Of a stretch of 64,000 nucleotides of DNA, positions 46,378 to 55,254 are shown piece after piece. The stretch is from IMG/VR virus record IMGVR_UViG_3300049573_000219, positions 64,001 through 128,000 of that record; one strand, given 5' to 3'. The notes beneath the pieces are model-generated. The model was not told where the DNA came from and did not search any database. It saw nothing but the letters and a program-made list of their open reading frames with translations. This stretch comes from a virus. Taxonomy: Duplodnaviria; Caudoviricetes. The position numbers and the translations under genes are program-made. How positions within the stretch are numbered: position 1 is the first letter of the stretch; the number at the start of each line of letters is the position of its first letter.

Positions 46378-46715
46378 CAGTTGTCCAGGTCCGCGATGAT
46401 CCGGAAACCGATCGCGTTGATCGCGGGGATCTCGGCCTGCCGCATGAAGCGCTGGATCTGGCCGCGCCACACCGCCATCTGCTCCTCGGTGAAGTCGGCC
46501 ACGTCGACCGGCTTGGGCTCCAGGGGCTCCGCGCTCTCGCAGTACGTGGTGATGAACAGCTCCTGGTTGCCGTAGCTGCCCGCCTCCAGGTAGCCGAGGT
46601 CGGCGCCGGTCTCCGCGTTGTACTCGCGCAGCGCGCCCTTCTCCTCCAGGAGTTCCTTGAAGTGGCTGCCGACCTTCACGCAGAAGGCCAGGTAACCCCT
46701 CGCGTACTGCCTCAC
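46377..46715 (-). CDS. hypothetical protein
   Basis: Coupled gene. Confidence 0.65.
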   Translation of the reverse strand: MRQYARGYLAFCVKVGSHFKELLEEKGALREYNAETGADLGYLEAGSYGNQELFITTYCESAEPLEPKPVDVADFTEEQMAVWRGQIQRFMRQAEIPAINAIGFRIIADLDN

Positions 46716-47212
46716 GAAATCCACTCCTCTTGGCGGGGTGCGATGTTCAGGACTTGGGCGCTCATGCAGGGCCAGGAGACACGTCGGCCCATGCGGTACA
46801 TCTCGTCGGACCCGGTGTCCTGGTTGCGGACCTTGACCCACTTCCAGTCGACACACCGGGCGCAGACCATCCGGCTCACGTTGGCCCGGTTCGCTCCGTA
46901 CTCGTCGACCGGCCGGTGGCCGAAGTCGTCGTCGGAGACGAGCTGGACCGCGATCTCCTGGAATCGCGGGTAGCAGACGGCGCAGGGCTCCAGGTCGCGG
47001 ATCGCCGCCATGTCGATCGAGATCGCCTCGGCGGCCGGAGGCTTCTCTCCGGCGCAGCCGCAGTACGGGTCGCCGCACCGGCACGCGAAGATCATGTGGC
47101 CAGCCCCACGGGCCGGGCACTCCGGGTCCTCGTGGAAGCGCCGGGCCCTGCGGGACACGTAGACCGTGTTCGACCCCTCCGTGAGGGACATCAGTGCGAC
47201 GGCCAGCTTCAT
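46712..47212 (-). CDS. Cys-rich zinc-binding protein
   Basis: FHEDPEC, CRCGDPYC, CAVC, CARC, WPC. Confidence 0.7.
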   Translation of the reverse strand: MKLAVALMSLTEGSNTVYVSRRARRFHEDPECPARGAGHMIFACRCGDPYCGCAGEKPPAAEAISIDMAAIRDLEPCAVCYPRFQEIAVQLVSDDDFGHRPVDEYGANRANVSRMVCARCVDWKWVKVRNQDTGSDEMYRMGRRVSWPCMSAQVLNIAPRQEEWIS

Positions 47213-47463
47213 TCCGACCCCGCCTCGGCGTCGACCTCGGCCTTCAGCGGGTACCGCTCGAAGGTCATCCACCGGCCCGCCGCCGCGTCCCACTGGAAGG
47301 CGGTGGCCCGCACCACCCGGCTGGAGCCCTCGCGGATCAGGTCGCGCTCACCGTTGATCGCCCGGTGCATCGCCGCCTGGGACCGGAACTTCTTCTCCGG
47401 GAGCGGCGCTGCGGCCGTGAAGAACACGACCTTCCAGGGCTGGCTCGGCTTCTTCGCAGCCAC
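47209..47463 (-). CDS. hypothetical protein
   Basis: ORF track, SD AAGGAG. Confidence 0.7.
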   Translation of the reverse strand: MAAKKPSQPWKVVFFTAAAPLPEKKFRSQAAMHRAINGERDLIREGSSRVVRATAFQWDAAAGRWMTFERYPLKAEVDAEAGSE

Positions 47464-47489
47464 GTCTCTTCTCCTTCTCCGATGCCGTC

Positions 47490-47654
47490 CTACTCGGACG
47501 GCTCCTCACGCATCTTCGCCAGCAGCTCCTCCATCGAGCCGACCGGCGGAGTGCGGCCGTCCCCCATGTGGACGGCCCTCCATGCCCTGTACTGGTCGAG
47601 GGCCCACTGACCGGGGTCAACGCCCTCTGGTGGACCTTCGGTTTCCGTGCACAT
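47490..47654 (-). CDS. small hypothetical protein (54 aa)
   Basis: MCTETEGPPEG...; SD GGAAGGG. Confidence 0.5.
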   Translation of the reverse strand: MCTETEGPPEGVDPGQWALDQYRAWRAVHMGDGRTPPVGSMEELLAKMREEPSE

Positions 47655-47761
47655 GCGCTTCCATCCCTTCCGGTCCGGCGGACCGGACCCGGAGGAGAAT
47701 AGCGCACGATTCGAACAGAACTTTCCTGCGTAACAAGAACGTTCGATGTGACAAGCGCGAC

Positions 47762-48109
47762 CTACTGCGAGTTCGCGACGGATGCCACCGACACCCCGGC
47801 CGGTTCGCTCGGAGCCAGAACGCGCACCAGAACCGGCATCCTGGGTTCGGTGCGGTGGATCGCCGCCCTGGTCTCCAGCAGGTTGTGTCGGCGCAGCGCC
47901 GCCACCTGCTTGATCACGGTGGTGGCCCCGGCACCCCGACCGGCGATGCCCGGATGCAGAGCCATCAGACCCTCAAGGGTCACCGGGAAGTACTCGTTCT
48001 CGGCGTTGGCCTCGTGGGAGGCGGCGTCGAGGATGGCGTAGAGCCGGAAGGCCCCGTGAGGAAGTCCCGGCATGAGTGCCGCTGCGAGGACACGGTCGGT
48101 CGGCTGCAT
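47762..48109 (-). CDS. winged-helix DNA-binding protein
   Basis: LPHGAFRLYAIL...TTVIKQVAALRRHNLL. Confidence 0.65.
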   Translation of the reverse strand: MQPTDRVLAAALMPGLPHGAFRLYAILDAASHEANAENEYFPVTLEGLMALHPGIAGRGAGATTVIKQVAALRRHNLLETRAAIHRTEPRMPVLVRVLAPSEPAGVSVASVANSQ

Positions 48110-48165
48110 GTGCTTCTCCTTTCCTGGAACCACAGTACACCATTTCTGCCCAGTCAGCGCAAGGG

Positions 48166-48537
48166 CTAACGAGAAGGCCCCCTGCGGGTGATCACGTTGG
48201 CGGCGGAGGCCGCGATCTGCTCCCGAGTGACGCCCGGATCGTCACCGCCGTCGTCGAGGCGCACCTGGAGCGACACCTTCGACCACTTCGGCCCCGTCAC
48301 CTCGATCAGACCCTCGGCCTGGAGTTCACGAAGGCTCTCGCGGAGGGAGCCGTCGCTGAGCGGCTTGCCCTTCACGCCGGGAACGGTCCTCTTCAGAACC
48401 GGGACGGAAACCTCCGTCGCCGTTTTCTCGATGCGCCCCTTCAGGAGAACCACCAGAGCGCAGTACAGCCGGAACGAGCTGTGAGTGAGGTTGCGGTTCA
48501 GCACGGCCGCGCAGATGCGGCTTTCCATGGGATCCAT
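48166..48537 (-). CDS. winged-helix DNA-binding protein (paralog)
   Basis: LTHSSFRLYCAL...SLRESLRELQAEGLIEV. Confidence 0.7.
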   Translation of the reverse strand: MDPMESRICAAVLNRNLTHSSFRLYCALVVLLKGRIEKTATEVSVPVLKRTVPGVKGKPLSDGSLRESLRELQAEGLIEVTGPKWSKVSLQVRLDDGGDDPGVTREQIAASAANVITRRGPSR

Positions 48538-48859
48538 GTCTCCTCCTTCCGAGGCGACAGTATCAGAATCCTGATACATCACGTTCCTCCCCAGCCCGAA
48601 GCGACCAGAGGCCGCCTGACGGCCTCAGCCACCCTCCGGCGGCCGTGCACCCGCACCGACCCCTGCGCGAGCCCTGGCGCGGCGCTCAGCCACCCTGGCG
48701 CCGCACCCTGACGACAACCCCAGCCCCCACCCCTTTGAGCGAAGCGAAGTCCGTCCCTCCTCCGCCGCGTGCGGGCGGGCGCAGCCCGGCCGTGAGCGGC
48801 CACGGGGGTACAGGTACATACAAGACGACGGAGGTTTTGTATCTGTTCTTAGGAGAGGG

Positions 48860-49270
48860 TGGTTCCGCAGGTCAGGGCATAAGTGGGGGGTTCGACTCGT
48901 TCGTTTTTCCGCACGAGAATGTCGAAAAAATAGTATGACATCTAGGGCGAATCGGTCATGGATACCCCTCCCTGGTCACAGATGACCAGGGGTGCATGTC
49001 GACATTTCACCCCTTGGCCTCCAGTGAGCATGGGACGCCCGTGACCAGGAAGAATGCCGACCGACAACTTTTGACCCTCGCTCACCAGTGACCATGGGTC
49101 GGATTCCAAGTCTGATTCGATCTTCCAATCGGGCGAATCGGGCAGAGAATCCGCAGGTCAGCGTCTACATACCCACCTGGGGTATCAATTCGGACTTATG
49201 GTGAGTTAATCCTCATTTAAGGCACGACTCGACGCGTCCATGTCAACTTCGCACCATGAATCGGGCATCT
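48860..49270. promoter_or_regulatory. divergent non-coding control region with TGACCWGS and GAATCGG repeats
   Basis: GCAGGTCA at 48867 and 49153; CCTGGTCA-N4-TGACCAGG at 48971-48990; lower GC. Confidence 0.5.
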
Positions 49271-49400
49271 TGGGAGAATGTTCGTACCTCTACACCGGAC
49301 ATCCTGGGAGGAAGTTCGCACCTTCGCGACTCGCTGACCTGCCGCTACGAGTGCGCGGCACCCGTACGATGCTGCTATCACCGACCGGACCCGGAGGCAC

Positions 49401-49892
49401 GTGATGGCAGCAGTAGGAACCTCGGCGGCGCTCGACGTGTACCCGCCCGACTTCGGATCCGTGATCGGTCAGATCCGTGCCCTGGTGCCCGACGTGGAGC
49501 AGGTCGACTACTCCGACAACGGCACCCCCGAGTACATGTTCTCGGACGCCCACCTGCGCGGGCTCTACAACATCGCCATGGGCGAGGGGAGTGCCAAGAT
49601 CTACCGCGCGGCGGCCTCCGCCCTGCGCGCCCTGGCTGTATCCGAGGGCCTGATCCAGAAGGTCATCCGCACCGAAGACCTCCAGACCGACGGCGCCAAG
49701 CTGGCCGGTGCCCTCCTGTCGGGCGCGAAGCAGCTCGAAGACCAGGCGAACGCGGCGGACGAGGACTCGGAGATCATGATGGTCGTCGACTTCCAGCCCG
49801 TTCCGCAGGACGGCTTCCCGCTGACGCTTCACGGCTTCCCGACTGAGTGGACCATCGGGAGTGCGGGGTCCATCACCTCACGCTGGCTCTGA
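49401..49892 (+). CDS. head-to-tail adaptor
   Basis: GQIRALVPD...FSDAHL...AAASALRALA. Confidence 0.75.
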   Translation: MMAAVGTSAALDVYPPDFGSVIGQIRALVPDVEQVDYSDNGTPEYMFSDAHLRGLYNIAMGEGSAKIYRAAASALRALAVSEGLIQKVIRTEDLQTDGAKLAGALLSGAKQLEDQANAADEDSEIMMVVDFQPVPQDGFPLTLHGFPTEWTIGSAGSITSRWL

Positions 49893-49992
49893 AGAGCTGG
49901 CGACCCGATCGGGCGAAAATCCCGAACCATGGATCCTACTAATTAGTAGGCGGGTAAGTTCCGTGGATCTATCGTCAATGGGGACGAGGGCC

Positions 49993-50184
49993 ATGGAAAA
50001 CAAGAAGAAGTACCCACCCCCGATCATCGTCACCGAGGGTGAAGGAAAGATCCACATTTCCTACGACCAGGTCGAAGTGGACTTCCCGGAAGAGGGTCCG
50101 GCACCCGAGGACGCTCCGCCCCTCGCGTGCCGCATCTTCAAGGCGCTGATGAGCGATCTTCCTGGCCGTTTGCGTGCAGAATAG
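49993..50184 (+). CDS. small hypothetical protein
   Basis: MENKKKYPPP...; SD GAGG. Confidence 0.55.
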   Translation: MENKKKYPPPIIVTEGEGKIHISYDQVEVDFPEEGPAPEDAPPLACRIFKALMSDLPGRLRAE

Positions 50185-50189
50185 GCTGC

Positions 50190-50759
50190 ATGGCCTCACT
50201 CAACAGGCGCTCTGCGCTGGATCCGCGCTGGCCGTGGCATCAGCGCTCGGTTCCGATCGGTCACATGAACGCGGCGGTCGAGATCTTCCGGCGGCCGTCG
50301 CGCGGTGGTGAATACGGGTACGACCCGGTTACCGGCGGCCTGACGATTCCCGACGGGTCGGGCGGGGAGAAGTTCCCCGAGTTGATCCTGCTGTACAGGG
50401 GGCCAGGCCGCATCGCCAACAACAAGGACTGGCGTGCCCGCGTGCGCACCCAGCGCGGCGACATGGGTACGGACCACGCGATGCGTGTCCAGGTGCCCAT
50501 CCGGACGTGCCCGCCCGTTCACGCGAACGACCTGGTCAGGGCTGTCGAACCAGATCCGGACGACCCGGATCTCGGGCATCTCGTCCTCGGAGATCCCGAG
50601 CTGACCCATTACATTTTCCACGTACGCAATCCGCTCATGTCGTCCAACGCATGGCTGAGGAACATCCTCTGCGACGTGGACGCGGCGCACCCGCAGACAC
50701 TGCCGCCGCCGTTCTCGATGGAACCCGTCGCCATGAACTACGGCGTGACGGGCCCGTGA
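50190..50759 (+). CDS. head-to-tail stopper (DUF6093-like)
   Basis: MNAAVEIFR, YDPVTG, LLYRGPGRI; synteny. Confidence 0.7.
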   Translation: MASLNRRSALDPRWPWHQRSVPIGHMNAAVEIFRRPSRGGEYGYDPVTGGLTIPDGSGGEKFPELILLYRGPGRIANNKDWRARVRTQRGDMGTDHAMRVQVPIRTCPPVHANDLVRAVEPDPDDPDLGHLVLGDPELTHYIFHVRNPLMSSNAWLRNILCDVDAAHPQTLPPPFSMEPVAMNYGVTGP

Positions 50760-50778
50760 CCAGGGGAGAGGGAAGTAC

Positions 50779-51693
50779 GTGGGCCTGAAGATCGCTCTGA
50801 TCAGCCGAGACAACGGGGTGGGTCTCTCCCTCGACGCGAACCTGCTGAAGGGTATGTTCGAGTCGGCCGGGCACGAAGCGAGGTTCTTCGACTGGCAGGA
50901 GCAGTCGATGCCGCGAGCGGATGTCGCGTTTCATCTGGAACTCGTCAGCAGGAACCTCGCGCAGCACTCCGAGAAGAACATCGCGATCCTGAATCTCGAA
51001 TGGTTCCCGGCGGAGTGGATGAAATACCTTCCGGCGTTCGATCAGATCTGGGCGAAAAGCGGTTACGCACTTCGCTTCTGCCGCAATCGCGGCGGGAAGA
51101 ACGTTCAGTTCACCGGGTTCCTCGGGCTCGATCTCTACGACCCGAAGGTGACGCGTGAGCTGAAGTGCATGCACCTGCGTGGCAAGTCGGGGATGAAGGG
51201 GACCGAGCAGGTCATCGGCGCCTGGCAGAAGGACGACACCCTGCCCCCGCTGACGATCGTCTCGAAGGACCCCATCCCGCTGCCCGCCGGACTGGAGAAG
51301 CGCGTCAAGGTCGTCGTGTCGCCCGACGACACGGAACGCAACCGCCTCATGAACGAGGCGGAGATCCACGTGTGCCCGTCCATCGCCGAAGGGTGGGGGC
51401 ACTACATCACCGAAGCGATGTCGGTGGGTGCCGTGGTGGTGACGACCGACGCGTCACCGATGAACGAGCACATCCGCCCCGAGTGGGGCTACCTGGTCGG
51501 GGTCACCTCGACACGCAACCATCATCAGGCGGTGCTCACCTACACGACTCCGACCCTGATCGCGGAGGCCGTCCGGCGCGCGGCGGCGCTGAGTCCGGAG
51601 AGGCGCCGCGAGGTGGGCATGATGGCCCGGGAGAGATTCCTCAAGAGGAATGCCGAATTCAAGGAAGTAGCACTGAGGTTGGTGGAGCGGTGA
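50779..51693 (+). CDS. glycosyltransferase, GT-B fold (GT4-like)
   Basis: KG..VI.AW, HVCPSIAEGWGHYITEAMSVGAVVVTTD. Confidence 0.88.
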   Translation: MGLKIALISRDNGVGLSLDANLLKGMFESAGHEARFFDWQEQSMPRADVAFHLELVSRNLAQHSEKNIAILNLEWFPAEWMKYLPAFDQIWAKSGYALRFCRNRGGKNVQFTGFLGLDLYDPKVTRELKCMHLRGKSGMKGTEQVIGAWQKDDTLPPLTIVSKDPIPLPAGLEKRVKVVVSPDDTERNRLMNEAEIHVCPSIAEGWGHYITEAMSVGAVVVTTDASPMNEHIRPEWGYLVGVTSTRNHHQAVLTYTTPTLIAEAVRRAAALSPERRREVGMMARERFLKRNAEFKEVALRLVER

Positions 51694-52523
51694 AGCACAC
51701 GGTACTGGTTCCGGCGTGGCGCAGGCCGGACATGCTGCATGCCTGTCTGACCAGGCTGTCGAAGGCGGCCACCGACGACGTGCATGTGATCGTCAGCCTC
51801 GACCGCAAGGGCACTCTGGAGTGCCGTCAGGTCGCCGAGTCCTTCTCGACGGCCTTCGCCGACATCTACCTCCGGGTGATGCACCACCACCAGTTCCACG
51901 GGAACTCCTACAACGTCCTCTCCGGTCTCGGTGACGCCCTGAAGGTGGGCGGCGATCTGATTCACGTGGTGGAGGACGACATCATGGTCTCCCTCGGATA
52001 CTTCGCTTTTCACGAGGAAGCCCACCTCGCCGCCCCGGACGCCTTCGCGGTGAGCGCGTGCAAGAACCAGAACCTCCAGGGTGAGCCACCGGCTGCCGCC
52101 TACCGCCATCCGTCGTACCAGTCTCTCGGCGTGTCGATGCGCCCGGAGAACGTCGAGAAGGCGGTGGCGCACAACAAGCCGGTCTACTACGGCGACATGG
52201 TCAACTACTGCAAGAGGAACTTCCCCGGGAGCCTGATTCCGCCCGGCCATGCAGAGCAAGACGGTCTGATCAACCGGGTCCGCGAGCGGGAGAGGGGTGT
52301 GACGGTCTACCCGGCGCAGCCCCGCGCCTTCCACGCCGGGTTCTACGGGTACAACAGGACCGGGACGAAGCTCGGCGGCTCCATCGAGCGGAGGTCGGCC
52401 AAGATTCTCTCGATGACCAGCGAGGAAATGAACGCCATGGCCGGTCTGATGAAGGACCATGAGGTCATCGACCTGGAGGAGAATCTTCCTGCCGGTCCGG
52501 TGCGAGAGGCGCTTGCCTCGTAG
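51690..52523 (+). CDS. glycosyltransferase, GT-A fold (GT2-like)
   Basis: VLVPAWRRPDML, VSLD, HVVEDD; GTGA overlap. Confidence 0.82.
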   Translation: MKHTVLVPAWRRPDMLHACLTRLSKAATDDVHVIVSLDRKGTLECRQVAESFSTAFADIYLRVMHHHQFHGNSYNVLSGLGDALKVGGDLIHVVEDDIMVSLGYFAFHEEAHLAAPDAFAVSACKNQNLQGEPPAAAYRHPSYQSLGVSMRPENVEKAVAHNKPVYYGDMVNYCKRNFPGSLIPPGHAEQDGLINRVRERERGVTVYPAQPRAFHAGFYGYNRTGTKLGGSIERRSAKILSMTSEEMNAMAGLMKDHEVIDLEENLPAGPVREALAS

Positions 52524-52529
52524 GAGGAG

Positions 52530-52952
52530 GTGGTTCAGATCGCCTACATCGGGATCAAGTACAACTACAGGTTCGGCGGCGCCCAGCGGTACTACGGCGG
52601 CGGCACCCCGAGCGGCGCCTTCGACATCGGCCTCTCCGCGTTCGTGATCGACCACCTGAACAAGTCGCGCCAGACCCTGGTCCTCGACATGTCGAACGCG
52701 CGGCGCCGGGGTGAGGGCCTGGTGAGGGCGAAGTCCCGCGTGGACACCGGGAAGATGAAGTCCTCCGTCACGGGAACCGGCGATTTCGGCACGGACATCC
52801 TGAAGATTTCCTTCGGATGGGAGAGCTTCAATCCGTACTACGCGCCCTTCCAGGAGTTCGGTACGCGTACCGGAATCACCCCGATGATGGCCGTGCTCGA
52901 TGCCTTCAACCAGGTGACGGGCGAACTTCAGGCGAGGATCGGGGGCCGCTGA
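52530..52952 (+). CDS. HK97 gp10-like tail completion protein
   Basis: RVDTGKMKSS...YAPFQEFGT. Confidence 0.8.
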   Translation: MVQIAYIGIKYNYRFGGAQRYYGGGTPSGAFDIGLSAFVIDHLNKSRQTLVLDMSNARRRGEGLVRAKSRVDTGKMKSSVTGTGDFGTDILKISFGWESFNPYYAPFQEFGTRTGITPMMAVLDAFNQVTGELQARIGGR

Positions 52953-53437
52953 TGGTGTCGCTCCTCGACTGGCAGCTCGACATCTACGAACGGCTGGACA
53001 CCGGCCTGCCGAACACGCCGGTCTTCCTGGAGGGTGTGCCCGAGAACACCGACATCGTCAAGGATCCGTCCGGCTTCTACAAGCCGAGCCTGATCCTGTG
53101 GTTCGGCCAGGCGTTCGACCTCTCAGGGTTCGGTGGCCGGATCTCCGTGGCCGATCTATGCGGTCTTTCCGGGGAGGACAAGGGCATCACGAAGCAGGCT
53201 GGCTTCATCGTGGAATCGGTCGCCCCGTCCGGCCTTTCGCTTCTCCAGCTCGCGCAGGCGGCAAGGGATCTCCTCGTCGGGTACGCACCGCTGGAGCAGG
53301 GGGAAATCTCGGAGGCCGGTTCCGGAACAGTCCGTGATCCCTACCCGGTTGGCGTCGGAGATACGTTGCGCTTCTACCTGGCGATCGGATTCCGGGGCAT
53401 CGTCAACGTCAGTCAGCACACGGGCGCCGGTTCCTGA
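52952..53437 (+). CDS. tail terminator
   Basis: Synteny before the major tail gene; ends AGS. Confidence 0.7.
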   Translation: MVSLLDWQLDIYERLDTGLPNTPVFLEGVPENTDIVKDPSGFYKPSLILWFGQAFDLSGFGGRISVADLCGLSGEDKGITKQAGFIVESVAPSGLSLLQLAQAARDLLVGYAPLEQGEISEAGSGTVRDPYPVGVGDTLRFYLAIGFRGIVNVSQHTGAGS

Positions 53438-53531
53438 CTGAATTCGTTCCTGGGTACCGGCGTCCCGGGAATGGCCTTTCGCGGTTAGACTCCGGTCAGG
53501 CACGATCATGCCTTCGGCCGGAGGTACAAGA

Positions 53532-54098
53532 ATGGCAGCAGTCAAGGCTCTCCCGCCGTCGCTCACCATCTGGTGGGTCGACGAGTCGGATCAGACGTCC
53601 CTCGGGTACGAGGGCGTGCACGGCGCTGGGTTCGCGGACATCGACCACCCGACCGCCGCCGAGATCAACGCGGGCATCAACATCAGTTGTGCCCTGACGA
53701 CGGACCTCACGCTCGGCTGGACCGACCGTGACACCGACGACACGCGTGGCCTCTGCGACGACTCGAACGTGGCGACCCCGACCGCGAAGAACTACGAAGG
53801 TCAGCTCAACATCTTCCTGGACCGGGACCCGAACAAGCTCGACCCGTCGGTCTACAACGACGTGATGCGCCTGTTCAAGAAGCCGCTCCGCAGCGGTTTC
53901 CTGGTCCAGCGGATCTCGAAGCACCCGGTCCGCGACCCGCTCGCGGTCGACGACGACTGGGTGACGATCTTCAAGTTCCTCTCGGGTGACCCGAACGTCA
54001 TCAACGACGCGACGGCGCCGCTCCAGCTCCAGCCCACCTTCTACGCGCAGGGCCAGTCCTCGGACGGCCTGGTGCAGGTGGGCAGCACCGGAAGCTGA
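53532..54098 (+). CDS. major tail (tube) protein
   Basis: PTAAEINAGINISCAL, LCD, GFLVQR; ends TGS. Confidence 0.88.
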   Translation: MAAVKALPPSLTIWWVDESDQTSLGYEGVHGAGFADIDHPTAAEINAGINISCALTTDLTLGWTDRDTDDTRGLCDDSNVATPTAKNYEGQLNIFLDRDPNKLDPSVYNDVMRLFKKPLRSGFLVQRISKHPVRDPLAVDDDWVTIFKFLSGDPNVINDATAPLQLQPTFYAQGQSSDGLVQVGSTGS

Positions 54099-54127
54099 CA
54101 ACTCGCACGACCGAAGGAACGGACAGC

Positions 54128-54928
54128 ATGACGCAGAACACGACGGTGCCGGGCAACCCGGAGCCCGGCCCCGACAACTTCAGCTTCGAGGACTACCTGG
54201 AAGGCAAGTCGACCTTCCCCGTCTTCGAGCACACCGCCTACCTCGACCAGCGCAGCGGTGCCGAGCTTGGCGCCGTCTACGAGGAGCTGGAGGAGCTTGT
54301 CTCCCGGCTCACCTCGATCGAGGCGCAGATCCGCAAGAGGTCCGAGACCTCCGCGAACGCTTTCGTGGACTCGGTGCGCGACGACCTCAACGACCAGCGG
54401 GCCGACCTCGAAGAGCAGATCACCAAGCTCTCGACCCGCCGCGACGAACTCCAGAAGAAGATCGTCGAGTCCAGCATCACGCTCGTCTTCCAGGTCAAGA
54501 CGCCGGAGGAGCTGGGCACGGTCACCCGCGAGGCGAGCCGCCAGTTCCACAAGGAGAACCCCAACTACAAGGGGGCGAGCGAGGACGACCTGGACTACAT
54601 CACGGCCCGCAGCCGGTACACCCTGACCGCGCAGATCGCACACTTCTGCATCGAGGTCAAGCTGCCGGACGGGCGCGTGGTGCCGCCCCCGACCAGGCAC
54701 GGAGCCGACCTCCTGCTGAAGAAGCTCATCTCCTCGGAGACGATGCGCCTGATGGAGTCCGTGGGCACCGGCCTGTCTGCCTCGCGCGACTGGGCCGACA
54801 AGCTCGATGCCGGGTTTCCTGGCGGAGGCTCTGACGTGGAGGAAATCAGCATGGGTGCGGCCCCTGCTGAAGACGGCGAGGTCGTGGTCCGTGCCCCCGC
54901 TGACCATGCTGACGGGGCAGCCCTCTGA
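54128..54928 (+). CDS. tail assembly chaperone (G-like)
   Basis: Between major tail and tape measure genes. Confidence 0.8.
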   Translation: MTQNTTVPGNPEPGPDNFSFEDYLEGKSTFPVFEHTAYLDQRSGAELGAVYEELEELVSRLTSIEAQIRKRSETSANAFVDSVRDDLNDQRADLEEQITKLSTRRDELQKKIVESSITLVFQVKTPEELGTVTREASRQFHKENPNYKGASEDDLDYITARSRYTLTAQIAHFCIEVKLPDGRVVPPPTRHGADLLLKKLISSETMRLMESVGTGLSASRDWADKLDAGFPGGGSDVEEISMGAAPAEDGEVVVRAPADHADGAAL

Positions 54929-55241
54929 GTGGTCCGACGAACGCAACCGGAAGCTGGCCATGGCCCTGACGATCCTGGAGGAGGAGACGTGCAAACAGTG
55001 CGGCACCCCCGCCTGGGTCGGCATGTCCACCAACAACGAGATCGTCTTCGACCTGAAGAGCGCCGTCTGCTACGGGTGCGCGGAGGTCGAGAAGGACCGC
55101 GAGGACAGCGAGAAGAAGCGCGGCAGGATCCGCCAGAAGGGGGAGACCAGGTACGTCTCGCCCCGTAACGTGTGGGGCGCGGACCACCCGCTCCCTTCCC
55201 GGGCGCACTCCTATCAGCACGACATGCCGGATGGCGATTGA
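54812..55241 (+). CDS. tail assembly chaperone extension (T-like), probably reached by frameshift at GGG TTT C
   Basis: Overlapping +1-frame ORF with W..E...ALTIL...CKQCG...CYGC. Confidence 0.7.
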
Positions 55242-55254
55242 CGCGGAGGTCTAG

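Noticed and set aside
47700-47750. LexA (SOS) box
   Set aside because: TCGAAC and GTTCGA half-sites are present but not in the required N4 spacing
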